Below are positions 1-8,015 of a DNA stretch of 64,000 bases, in pieces (the first letter of the stretch is position 1; every line of letters starts with the position of its first letter). The notes below the pieces were generated by a model that searched no databases, had not been told where the DNA came from, and saw only the letters and a list, made by a program, of their open reading frames with translations. The DNA comes from a virus, in the IMG/VR virus record IMGVR_UViG_3300034152_000478, positions 1-64,000 of that record, one strand, 5' to 3'. Both the position numbers and the translations under genes were made by a program.

Positions 1-172
1 CTTGAAAGGGGGTCAGAACCGCAAGCTTGCCGCACTCAACTGATTAAGCGCAGCAGAGTTCTAATTCTTCAGTTGCTTTGTCGTTTGTTTTTTTCTGGGC
101 AAGGTTTAGCGTGTCTTACCTCCACGGCACGAGTTTGATACCTGCACCAACCTGTCGATGCCTGTCGCCCCC
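1..172 (-). ncRNA. ssrA: tmRNA, 5' portion (3' end lies beyond the window start)
   Basis: Minus strand begins GGGGGCGACAGGCATCGACAGG (tmRNA-like 5' end). A pseudoknot-1-like element follows (CGTG/CACG and GGTAAG/CTTGCC), then an A-rich resume context and a short frame at 82..44 encoding DKATEELELCCA*. Confidence 0.85.
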
Positions 173-174
173 TT

Positions 175-603
175 TCAAGCTATTCTGATATACCTACCTT
201 CTTCCCACCAGTTTTTGCCAGAATCATGCAGGTAGATCCGGCGTTCTCCAGTGGCCTCACAAAACTCAATGATTTTACGCTTCCAACACCAGCGTCCGCG
301 CTGATAGTTCGGATACCACTCTTTTTTAGTTTCCCTGGTTTGCCATTTTGGATTTAGATGTCCACGAAACTTGGACTTTCTGGTCTTCTTCCGTGACTTC
401 TCTTTCCACTGAGTCTTCCTGTGGCGCTTCCAGCAGCGCTGAGACTTGATCCATATGTCAGACCATGCCGTGGGCACCCAGCGTCGTCTGGATCGAGCAG
501 GAGGCGTCTCAGGGTCTTCTCGGTGTTCTGCCCTGGCTCCATGCCACTGGCGCAGCTCCTGGGCGCTCCGAGGATTCCTTAAAGCCCTGCACTTGTAACT
601 CAT
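175..603 (-). CDS. hypothetical basic, Trp/Arg-rich protein
   Basis: 142 aa ORF with AGGAG RBS upstream. Confidence 0.6.
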   Translation of the reverse strand: MSYKCRALRNPRSAQELRQWHGARAEHREDPETPPARSRRRWVPTAWSDIWIKSQRCWKRHRKTQWKEKSRKKTRKSKFRGHLNPKWQTRETKKEWYPNYQRGRWCWKRKIIEFCEATGERRIYLHDSGKNWWEEGRYIRIA

Positions 604-655
604 AATGCGTCTCCTTGTATTAAGTCAAGTTAGAGCATTATGAACTTCCTTTCAA

Positions 656-1192
656 TCAGTCCGACCAATACTGAGCCCACTTACCAACAGTTTTCATGAC
701 AAAATCGATAGCCCGTTGGGTTTGGGCTTCTGCGCGCTGGATGCCTTCCCAGTGTTCTTTTGCTTCTTGCTCTTTTTCCTCTTCTGTGATTGCCTTTGGG
801 CGAGTAAATCGTAGATAAGGGCCTTCGAAATGCCAGTCAAGCTCACCCCATTTGGCTTCATGTTTTTTGTCAAACTCGTTCCTGTAATATCCATGAATAA
901 TACGGTCAAGCAGGATAATACAGATACGAATCCGCCTCCTGTCTCTTTCGGCATGGATGTGGTGAATGATTTCAGGTTCGAGCCGTTCGAGCTTCTTTTT
1001 AATGAGTTCAAAAATTCCTGGCTCACAATTGAAATCCCAGTCGTGCCAAATCGCAGGGATGTAATCAATAATACGCCAGAAACGATCCCAGCAAATACGA
1101 ATATCTGCTGGTATTTCTTCCCCAAGAACTCCGAAGCGCCTGTCTACCCAGCGGGCAAACCCGTCAATCGCATCGAGAATCTTACCGAACAT
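656..1192 (-). CDS. hypothetical protein
   Basis: Probable start MFGK at 1192 with AGGAGG RBS (the track starts this ORF at 1243). Confidence 0.7.
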   Translation of the reverse strand: MFGKILDAIDGFARWVDRRFGVLGEEIPADIRICWDRFWRIIDYIPAIWHDWDFNCEPGIFELIKKKLERLEPEIIHHIHAERDRRRIRICIILLDRIIHGYYRNEFDKKHEAKWGELDWHFEGPYLRFTRPKAITEEEKEQEAKEHWEGIQRAEAQTQRAIDFVMKTVGKWAQYWSD

Positions 1193-1215
1193 GTTGTACC
1201 TCCTTTTGTTAAGGT

Positions 1216-1470
1216 CTACAACATGGGTGCCTCCTTTCGCCATGGTTCTTCAGCGAGTTTTTGACTTTCTTCAAACATGCGTTTCCAGTTTTCCAACTCT
1301 TCGTCGCTCATAGGCTCCGAGTCAAATAGATCGTTTTCCTCAAAGAGCTTCCTGAGTCGAGGAAGGTTTTTAGGCGGAGCCTCAAGTGCTCGTAGAAATG
1401 CTTCAAAATCTTCCTTACTTAGTTTGATTACTGGATTTACGTCAAGCTGTTCAAGTTCTTGTTCGTCCAT
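1216..1470 (-). CDS. DUF1778/TacA-AtaR-like antitoxin C-terminal domain protein
   Basis: IKLSKEDFEAFLRALEAPPKNLPRLRKLF resembles the DUF1778 C-terminal LSxEDFxxFLxAL-xPP motif; no N-terminal RHH domain. Confidence 0.55.
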   Translation of the reverse strand: MDEQELEQLDVNPVIKLSKEDFEAFLRALEAPPKNLPRLRKLFEENDLFDSEPMSDEELENWKRMFEESQKLAEEPWRKEAPML

Positions 1471-1792
1471 TGTTAAGTCTCTTTTGCGCCAGAAATTCTT
1501 TAAATTTTGCTACTCCTAAGTTCCATAGTCCTGTTATGTAAGATTGTTTCAGCGCTATATCTGAAGTTGTGAAATCGTCACACGAGCATGGCGTTACCAG
1601 GCCCACACCGCACATTTGATATGTGTCAGGTAGGTAATACATTGATAGCTCACCCAAGCCTTCCAGTTGTGTAGCCACTATTTTGTAGTCTTCGTCGTTT
1701 AATTTTGGATGTTCAGGAAGTGACAATAGAACCCACCATTGTCTATCTTTTCGCTTGTAAAACTTGAAATCTATCCTGTTTGTTGTTTTCAT
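1451..1792 (-). CDS. hypothetical protein
   Basis: 113 aa ORF in the minus-strand operon, GGA RBS. Confidence 0.65.
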   Translation of the reverse strand: MKTTNRIDFKFYKRKDRQWWVLLSLPEHPKLNDEDYKIVATQLEGLGELSMYYLPDTYQMCGVGLVTPCSCDDFTTSDIALKQSYITGLWNLGVAKFKEFLAQKRLNNGRTRT

Positions 1793-1807
1793 ATCATCCT
1801 ATCAAAA

Positions 1808-1883
1808 TGGTGGAGACCACAGGAATCGAACCTGCCGCACGGAGCTTGCAAAGCTCTGTCGCCCCCTTGGTACATGCGCCCCC
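1808..1883 (-). tRNA. tRNA-Ala(TGC)
   Basis: Anticodon loop TTTGCAA, T-loop TTCGATT, G3:U70 pair, ACCA end; D-arm atypical. Confidence 0.85.
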
Positions 1884-1887
1884 ATAA

Positions 1888-2136
1888 TCAGTTAACAGGC
1901 CATAGTATTACGGCGTTGTCGGCTTCGTATTCACATTCGCCGCTTCCATGCTGGCGCTCATCCTCGGCATCTTCTTCCGTCAGGATATAGCCAGACCAGG
2001 TGCTTTCTGGGAAATACTCCGCCAGTGACATACTTGCGAATGGCGAGTAGTTGTTTCCTTCGGAGTCTTTCGACATAACAACCTGAAAATCCTGTGGCAT
2101 TTCCTGCAGTTTTTCGATAAGTTCTTTGACTGTCAT
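1888..2136 (-). CDS. hypothetical phage protein (MTVKELIEKL-type)
   Basis: 82 aa ORF with GGAG RBS; N-terminus common among small phage proteins. Confidence 0.75.
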   Translation of the reverse strand: MTVKELIEKLQEMPQDFQVVMSKDSEGNNYSPFASMSLAEYFPESTWSGYILTEEDAEDERQHGSGECEYEADNAVILWPVN

Positions 2137-2157
2137 ATCTTATGCTCCTGTATGCTC

Positions 2158-2243
2158 TGGAGGAAGGTAGAGGTAATGCTCCCCGTGCCTTTTACAACAC
2201 CCCAGATGTTCAAAACCTGTTTGTAGCTTCTACGGTACCTTCC
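2158..2243 (-). tRNA. non-canonical tRNA-Ser(TGA)-like gene
   Basis: GGAAGGT/ACCTTCC acceptor plus TCCA; CAGGT-TTTGAAC-ATCTG anticodon arm; long variable arm; atypical T-loop AGCATTA and 3-nt D-loop. Confidence 0.6.
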
Positions 2244-2746
2244 TTATATGTTTTGTCTTTTATTATATTCCAAATTGCTCTTGGTGATACGCTGTACTTT
2301 TTAGCCAAGTATTTGTAACTGGCTCCAAGTGTTTTTTCTGCACGGATTGTTTCAGCTTGTTGCTGTGTCAGTTTGCGTCTGTTGGCATTCATTTTGCGTC
2401 CAACAGCTTGACGTTGTTCAACGGGTCTATCCATCATATTATCGCTACGGGTGCCAATCTCGATATTGTTCCAAGTGTTGTCAACCTTATTACCATTTAA
2501 ATGTCTGACTTCAACACCAGTAGCCAGCGCTGCTTCTCCATACTTACTATAAGCCATCATTTTATGAACAAAAATGGTCGAGTGTTTACCATCGATGCGA
2601 ATGGTGAATTTTCTATAACCGTCTTTGTTTGCTGTAGTCTTCAAGATATTGCCTTGTGGAGATTGAACATCTCCTCGACAATTAATCCAGTAGCCACGTT
2701 TTGTGGCACATATGATAGTCAATGCATGTTGAGACAACATAAACAT
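2210..2746 (-). CDS. HNH homing endonuclease with C-terminal HTH
   Basis: VHKMMA...VRHLNGNKVDNTWNNI...N HNH motif; sits between tRNA genes. Confidence 0.85.
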   Translation of the reverse strand: MFMLSQHALTIICATKRGYWINCRGDVQSPQGNILKTTANKDGYRKFTIRIDGKHSTIFVHKMMAYSKYGEAALATGVEVRHLNGNKVDNTWNNIEIGTRSDNMMDRPVEQRQAVGRKMNANRRKLTQQQAETIRAEKTLGASYKYLAKKYSVSPRAIWNIIKDKTYKEGTVEATNRF

Positions 2747-2760
2747 CCTGTAGTTGTTAA

Positions 2761-2836
2761 TGGTAGCGGGGGGGAGAATTGAACTCCCACTGACCCGGCG
2801 TATGAGACCGGCGACCTACCATTAGACTACCCCGCT
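2761..2836 (-). tRNA. tRNA with CAT anticodon (Met or Ile2)
   Basis: AGCGGGG/CCCCGCT acceptor, CCGGT-CTCATAC-GCCGG anticodon arm, TTCAATT T-loop, ACCA. Confidence 0.85.
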
Positions 2837-2940
2837 ATAGTAAAAGCCACACTGGTCAGCCACTCGCTACCCACCAGGCTCTATACCGACCAATTAAGGT
2901 CCGCCTGCCTAAGCCTTGTCCGCTGTGTGTGGCTTGTTTT

Positions 2941-3016
2941 TGGTCGGGCGACCTGGACTTGAACCAGGAACCTCACGGCCCCAAACCGCGAATTCTGCCA
3001 ATTGAAATACCGCCCG
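2941..3016 (-). tRNA. tRNA-Pro(TGG)
   Basis: CGGGCGG/TCGCCCG acceptor, loop TTTGGGG, TTCAAGT T-loop, ACCA. Confidence 0.9.
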
Positions 3017-3031
3017 TATTAGTATATACGT

Positions 3032-3199
3032 CTACTTTTTATCTAATTCTGCTGCTGCTCCAAAAATGTACCAAAGATAGTGACAAAATCGTATCGGATT
3101 CACCTTCAACATAACCTGCATGCGCCCTATGAATTCTGTACAGGTAGGACACATTCCAGTCTCTTCTTCGGCCTTTTCCTCACAAAAGCGGCATTCCAT
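3032..3199 (-). CDS. small zinc-ribbon protein (55 aa, below the ORF track cutoff)
   Basis: MECRFCEEKAEEETGMCPTCTEF... with two CxxC motifs and a TAGGAG RBS. Confidence 0.65.
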   Translation of the reverse strand: MECRFCEEKAEEETGMCPTCTEFIGRMQVMLKVNPIRFCHYLWYIFGAAAELDKK

Positions 3200-3306
3200 G
3201 ATAACTCCTATTTTCGAAACCGTCTATTATAATATCGGGCGCGTCACAGAAAAACTTCATGAAAAAACACCACTTTGTCGTATTTTAATCTTAGGAGGAC
3301 ATCAAT

Positions 3307-3648
3307 ATGGGTAGAAGACGTATCTATAATGACAGGCTTGAGCGTGAACGTGCTTGGAGGAAGACGCCCAGCGGTAGGGCGTATTACATGTACCAGAAGC
3401 TGCGGGAGCGCTGTAAGAGAGATGGTATTACCTTACTCATCTCCAGCAAGGTTTTCCGAGGGATCTATCTCAAGGCAGAACGGTGTGGAATATGTGGTGA
3501 GCCATTTGGTGAAACTTTCAGGCTGCATAAATCTGTCTATGCCGATGGAAATCCATGTGTGCCGGATACATTAACGATTTGTCATGTTTCCTGCCACAAG
3601 AAAAAATTGCGAAAAAGATTGAAGAAACCTGGAAAATCAGCCCGATAG
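3307..3648 (+). CDS. Zn-binding HNH-like protein
   Basis: RCGICG...CHVSCH; AGGAGG RBS. Confidence 0.6.
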   Translation: MGRRRIYNDRLERERAWRKTPSGRAYYMYQKLRERCKRDGITLLISSKVFRGIYLKAERCGICGEPFGETFRLHKSVYADGNPCVPDTLTICHVSCHKKKLRKRLKKPGKSAR

Positions 3649-3661
3649 TATTATAGGCAAA

Positions 3662-3832
3662 ATGAGCAAACAAACAAAACAAATCCAGCACAAAGTGCTT
3701 CAATTGATCAAGGAATCACCGGGTCTGGATGTCGATGACCTGGCTGAAGAATTGAACGTTCCCGTAAGAGCAGTCTCTAAGGCTGTAAACAAACTCTTAA
3801 GGGCAGGTAAGATTAGTTCGCAAGAGGACTAA
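3662..3832 (+). CDS. small winged-helix DNA-binding protein (56 aa, below cutoff)
   Basis: VLQLIKESPGLDVDDLAEELNVPVRAVSKAVNKLLRAGKI is a wHTH pattern. Confidence 0.7.
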   Translation: MSKQTKQIQHKVLQLIKESPGLDVDDLAEELNVPVRAVSKAVNKLLRAGKISSQED

Positions 3833-3856
3833 ACACGTCCATGTGAGGAGGGCGTC

Positions 3857-4588
3857 ATGTTGGTCTACAAGGCGACCAACTTACTTAACAACAAATCCTA
3901 TATAGGCAAGACTGTTAAGACACTGAGAGTTAGGCGTCTTGAGCATGAAAATGCGGCATTACGAAGATGCGATAATTGTATTTTGCATAAGGCCCTTAGG
4001 AAATATGGTGCAGATAATTTTCAATGGGAAATTATTGCTGTTGCTGAATCACAAATTCGATTAAGTGCATTGGAAGCTCAATACATAGAACATTTTGATA
4101 CATTTCGTAATGGTTATAACAGCACGATCGGTGGTGAAGGGACTTGTGGATTCAGATTTTCTGATATGCAAAAGGAACAGCTATCGCAGATACATCGTGG
4201 CAAACACTTATCAAGAAAACATCGTGATAGTATTAGTCGGGCTGTTGCAAGACGATGGATAAACAAAGATAGCAGAAGCAAATTGATTGCAGGCAGAACA
4301 CGAGTTGGACGTTTTCTATCTGATGAAGCTATACTAAAACGCAATCAAACATCTAAGAGCCGCAATATTGATTATGGTGTTCATAGAAGAGGTACTGAGC
4401 TTGATGAAGAGCATCGCCAGCATATTGCACAAGGGCATCAAAAGAAGTCTAAATTGTCATGGGAGGATGTTGCTGTCATCAGAAGTGAAAGAGCTAAAGG
4501 AACTGCTCTGAAGACTTTGGCTGCTAAATTTCATGTTACTGCAGCTACCATTTCAGATATAGCGAACTATAAAACTTGGAAAACATAG
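3857..4588 (+). CDS. GIY-YIG homing endonuclease (NUMOD3-like repeats, C-terminal HTH)
   Basis: LVYKATNLLNNKSYIGKT...R..EH, NGYNSTIGGEG. Confidence 0.9.
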   Translation: MLVYKATNLLNNKSYIGKTVKTLRVRRLEHENAALRRCDNCILHKALRKYGADNFQWEIIAVAESQIRLSALEAQYIEHFDTFRNGYNSTIGGEGTCGFRFSDMQKEQLSQIHRGKHLSRKHRDSISRAVARRWINKDSRSKLIAGRTRVGRFLSDEAILKRNQTSKSRNIDYGVHRRGTELDEEHRQHIAQGHQKKSKLSWEDVAVIRSERAKGTALKTLAAKFHVTAATISDIANYKTWKT

Positions 4589-4594
4589 AGGTGT

Positions 4595-5560
4595 ATGATG
4601 ACCTTCAAAAAATACCCAAGCATCGAAAACAGCTATAGAGACAAATTCGTACAGTATATGCTGGACCAGTATCCGGAGCTGTGCGACGCGGTTTACATCG
4701 TCACTGAAAAAATCGACGGTTCCAACATCCAATTGATCTTTGAACCTTCTAAGCCAGTACAGGTTGCTTCGCGTAATCGGGTATTAACACCTGGCGAAGA
4801 CTTTTTCGGTGTTTGGGATGTGCTACAGGATGTCGAATTGGCCGCGCTGATTAACACTCTGACGCTGTTTGTCGACAAAACCCATCAGACAATCAATCTG
4901 TATGGTGAACTTTTTGGACCTGGAATTCAGAGACGTATTGACTACGGAGACAAGCGTCGTCTGTTGTTTTTCGATGCAGCGATCAATGAAGAGCTGATTC
5001 CACAGGGCGAATTTGTGCAGTTTATGAGCTTGCATGGTTTTCCGAATCTGATGGTTCCTATTGTAACTGTCATCAATACGCTGCAGGCTGCTCTTGACTG
5101 GAGCGTCGAAGATTCTGTTACCAGAGTCAATCCTGATGGTCATAGCGTCCAAGAGAAACGATGTATGGAAGGTGTGGTTATTAAGCCACGCGATAAGGTG
5201 TATCGATCTCATACTGGCAGTACTTTTTACCTCAAGAAGAAAGGTGAGAAGTTCGGCGAAAAAGAGCAGAAGGTCAAAGTGCCGCGTGAGCAGAAGGAAT
5301 ACCGCGAAGAAGTAATCCAGATGTATGAAACGTTTTTTGGCTTGATCAATGAGAATAGGATCAAGAGCGTGTTTTCTAAACATGGTGAAATCGAAGAGCC
5401 TCGTCAAATCGGTGACTACATCAAGCTCGTAATGGCTGATGCCAAAGAGGAGTTTCTCAAAGATTACGAAGATGAGTTGGCACCGTTCAACAAAGATGAG
5501 CTAAAATACGTTTTTAATGTGGGCAACATGATAGTTGGATTGTTAAAGGAGTATCTATGA
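4595..5560 (+). CDS. RNA ligase, Rnl2 family
   Basis: FKKYPSIEN N-terminus; motif I TEKIDGSN; LYGELFG; FFDA; EGVVIKP; LKKK; C-terminal INENRIKSVFSKHG domain typical of T4 Rnl2. Confidence 0.9.
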   Translation: MMTFKKYPSIENSYRDKFVQYMLDQYPELCDAVYIVTEKIDGSNIQLIFEPSKPVQVASRNRVLTPGEDFFGVWDVLQDVELAALINTLTLFVDKTHQTINLYGELFGPGIQRRIDYGDKRRLLFFDAAINEELIPQGEFVQFMSLHGFPNLMVPIVTVINTLQAALDWSVEDSVTRVNPDGHSVQEKRCMEGVVIKPRDKVYRSHTGSTFYLKKKGEKFGEKEQKVKVPREQKEYREEVIQMYETFFGLINENRIKSVFSKHGEIEEPRQIGDYIKLVMADAKEEFLKDYEDELAPFNKDELKYVFNVGNMIVGLLKEYL

Positions 5561-5808
5561 GCGAGCAGCAAAAGCAGCCGCCTAAACTGATTCAAATCCA
5601 GGTCACAGTGACCGACCAGCGACTTACCGGAACAGAAAAGGCACAACAGACTCAGAGCGTGACTATTCCGGCTGAATATGTTGATACAGGTCAGGCAGCA
5701 CAGATTGCAAACGCGATTGCTTTTGTCAGTCTTGGCCTCAGTGAGATGTTTAACCAGAAGCTCATTGCGGCACATGATGCGCTACCGCCTCCGCCGCAGC
5801 AGCAATAA
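5557..5808 (+). CDS. hypothetical protein
   Basis: 83 aa ORF translationally coupled to the ligase, AGGAG RBS. Confidence 0.65.
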   Translation: MSEQQKQPPKLIQIQVTVTDQRLTGTEKAQQTQSVTIPAEYVDTGQAAQIANAIAFVSLGLSEMFNQKLIAAHDALPPPPQQQ

Positions 5809-5883
5809 TCGGGCGTGGTGTAAAGGTTCGCACGCGACCCTGATAAGGTTGAAGACGGGGTTCAATTCCCTGCGCCCGGACCA
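5809..5883 (+). tRNA. tRNA-Ile(GAT)
   Basis: CGACC-CTGATAA-GGTTG anticodon arm, TTCAATT T-loop, ACCA. Confidence 0.9.
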
Positions 5884-5885
5884 GT

Positions 5886-5962
5886 CGGCGCGTAGTTCAA
5901 TTGGCCAGAGCACCTGCCTTACAAGCAGGAAGTTGGAGGTTCGAGTCCTCCCGTGCCGACCA
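5886..5962 (+). tRNA. tRNA-Val(TAC)
   Basis: CCTGC-CTTACAA-GCAGG anticodon arm, TTCGAGT T-loop, ACCA. Confidence 0.93.
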
Positions 5963-5982
5963 TTTTTCTTTCAGGAGTACTT

Positions 5983-6858
5983 ATGAGTGTTTTCACAGTT
6001 ACTTGCGGAGACATTAAGTGTAATGCCAATTGCCCATTTTGCATTTCGAAGATGACTGAAGCTTATCGGCGTGGGGCATGTGGTGATCGCTTTGACTGGC
6101 GACGCTTTAGAAAGGCTATGCGCTTAGCGCGGACACACAAGGTCGATACTGCCCTTATTACTGGCTTTGGCGAACCCACTCTGTGTGATGATCTGCCTGG
6201 CTTGATTGTGGAATTGGACGATTTTTTTCCTCACATTGAGTTGCAAACAAATGGCATCACAGTTTTGCATGATGATTACAAGCATGCTTGGCCAACATGG
6301 AAAAACATGGGTCTTGACACAGTGGCTGTGAGCTGCGCAAGCCTTGACAAGGTAGTTAACAACGATGCAATGCGCATTGTTGATTCTCGTTTTTCTGTTC
6401 GTGGTGCGATTTCCAGACTGGCAGTATTAGGCTTTACGGTTCGTGTCAGTGTGCAGTTAACCAATTTTTTGCCATATCCAAATGGCAAACTTTTTACCAA
6501 CAGCCTTTTTATCGACACCATTCGTGACGCCAAAAAGCTTGGGGCAGAACAGATCACTTTTCGGCTGCTTGGAACTGCCGCAAACTCGAAAGATACTGTT
6601 GCAACAGATTGGGTCAAGAAGCACGCCCCGGACCAGAAAACTGCTTCACACATGATGCTTAAAACCATGGAGAACATCGGAGCCAACCAGTGGGGCAAAT
6701 ATCACTGGGGTGGTCGACTGTATGATTTTGAGGGCATGTCGGTTTGTGTGGCAGACTGTTTGACTGAGATGCCGAATGACGAGATACCTCGAAGCTATAT
6801 TTTTGATGGGCGACGCCTGCGACATAGCTGGCAATATGAAGGATTTGTGATTTTCTAA
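5983..6858 (+). CDS. radical SAM protein
   Basis: CNANCPFC (CxxxCxxC), ITGFGEP, LQTNG; probable start at 5983 after AGGAG. Confidence 0.85.
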   Translation: MSVFTVTCGDIKCNANCPFCISKMTEAYRRGACGDRFDWRRFRKAMRLARTHKVDTALITGFGEPTLCDDLPGLIVELDDFFPHIELQTNGITVLHDDYKHAWPTWKNMGLDTVAVSCASLDKVVNNDAMRIVDSRFSVRGAISRLAVLGFTVRVSVQLTNFLPYPNGKLFTNSLFIDTIRDAKKLGAEQITFRLLGTAANSKDTVATDWVKKHAPDQKTASHMMLKTMENIGANQWGKYHWGGRLYDFEGMSVCVADCLTEMPNDEIPRSYIFDGRRLRHSWQYEGFVIF

Positions 6859-7076
6859 TGCATAAAGAAAAAGATTTCCTATATAACGTCATTTTGCCCA
6901 AAATAGACAAATGTCCTGTATGTGGCAAGGATGACTTTGAGGAGATTGCATATATTGGACGTGAAGAAGCCGGGCTTCTCTGCTTGTGGTGTCTTCATGT
7001 CACATGGCCGAAAGATGCAAGGGAAACCGTTTGCGAAATGAGAAGTGTTAATAGATTTGACATATTGGGGGCGTAG
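6858..7076 (+). CDS. small zinc-ribbon protein
   Basis: CPVC...CLWC; its last codons overlap the tRNA-Arg 5' end. Confidence 0.55.
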   Translation: MHKEKDFLYNVILPKIDKCPVCGKDDFEEIAYIGREEAGLLCLWCLHVTWPKDARETVCEMRSVNRFDILGA

Positions 7077-7144
7077 CATAATTGGACGAATGCAGGGGAC
7101 TTCTAATCCCCAGACTGGGAGTTCGAGTCTTCCCGCCCCTGCCA
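7067..7144 (+). tRNA. tRNA-Arg(TCT)
   Basis: GGGGA-CTTCTAA-TCCCC anticodon arm, TTCGAGT T-loop, GCCA. Confidence 0.92.
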
Positions 7145-7153
7145 GATAGATAA

Positions 7154-7214
7154 TAAGTCTGATAGCTCACTAAGCGCGGTATATATGCCCCGCTTATTGT
7201 GAGCTACAGACTTA
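7154..7214 (+). other. long intergenic RNA hairpin
   Basis: TAAGTCTG/CAGACTTA, TAGCTCAC/GTGAGCTA, TAAGCG/CGCTTA and GGT/GCC stacked stems. Confidence 0.7.
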
Positions 7215-7230
7215 GAATGAGAGCAATAAG

Positions 7231-7476
7231 ATGAGCTTTTACGATCAGCTTGACAGAGAAAGGCGCTGTTGGTTTTGCTATGAGGTTATGGAGCAGAGCT
7301 TCAGCCCGCTAACTGGTGCCGGTTTGAAATGTAAGAACAAGGCGTGTCACGAATGTGGCGTGCATGTTTGCCCTACGATCACTGTCGATGCGAATAGGGC
7401 TAATGTTGTCATGGGAAGAGTGATAAAAGGGCAGGTGAAACCTAACGAGCCATTTGAAGCACGAGGTGGCAAATGA
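7231..7476 (+). CDS. Cys-rich hypothetical protein
   Basis: 81 aa ORF with multiple CxxC motifs. Confidence 0.6.
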   Translation: MSFYDQLDRERRCWFCYEVMEQSFSPLTGAGLKCKNKACHECGVHVCPTITVDANRANVVMGRVIKGQVKPNEPFEARGGK

Positions 7477-7637
7477 TGACAGAACATACTATTAAATGTC
7501 GTATTTGTGGTCGTCCCTATAAGTTCTATGCTCATAAGTGTGGCGATCAATCTGCTTGTCCAGCTTGTATAAGGGCAGCAGAAAAAGAGATACAGCAAGA
7601 TTGGGTGAAAAATCCCAATAGACTTTACAAAACCTAA
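7473..7637 (+). CDS. small zinc-ribbon protein (54 aa, below cutoff)
   Basis: CRICGRPY...CPAC; GAGG RBS; ATGA overlap with the upstream gene. Confidence 0.6.
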   Translation: MMTEHTIKCRICGRPYKFYAHKCGDQSACPACIRAAEKEIQQDWVKNPNRLYKT

Positions 7638-7714
7638 GGCGATGTGGGCTAATTGGTATAGCTGCGACACTTAAAATGTCGTGTTTCCCGGTTCGAGTCC
7701 GGGCATCGCTACCA
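7638..7714 (+). tRNA. tRNA-Leu(TAA), short variable loop
   Basis: CGACA-CTTAAAA-TGTCG anticodon arm, 5-nt variable loop, TTCGAGT T-loop, ACCA. Confidence 0.88.
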
Positions 7715-7730
7715 ACAAAAGGAGGCTGAC

Positions 7731-8015
7731 ATGGAATACACTTACTGGGATGTCCACTTTAAGAGAACAAAGCAAAATACGCTGAGGTTTATCAATGCAC
7801 TTTTTCAGGTTAATGGAAAGATAAGCGACTCTGATACTTTTGGTGTTGATTGTGGCAAATTGGAGCACCAGCGAAACTTACACCACTGTTATGTTTTAGT
7901 ACGAGTTGCTATTCCTAAGGGCAAAGAATTGGATTTTGAGTGTCAAAGTTTCGGCAAAGGAACGCTACAAGAGCCGCCTAAAGTAGGTGTGCAAGCTGTT
8001 GGTGGTGTACAATAA
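7731..8015 (+). CDS. hypothetical protein
   Basis: 94 aa ORF, AGGAGG RBS. Confidence 0.7.
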   Translation: MEYTYWDVHFKRTKQNTLRFINALFQVNGKISDSDTFGVDCGKLEHQRNLHHCYVLVRVAIPKGKELDFECQSFGKGTLQEPPKVGVQAVGGVQ

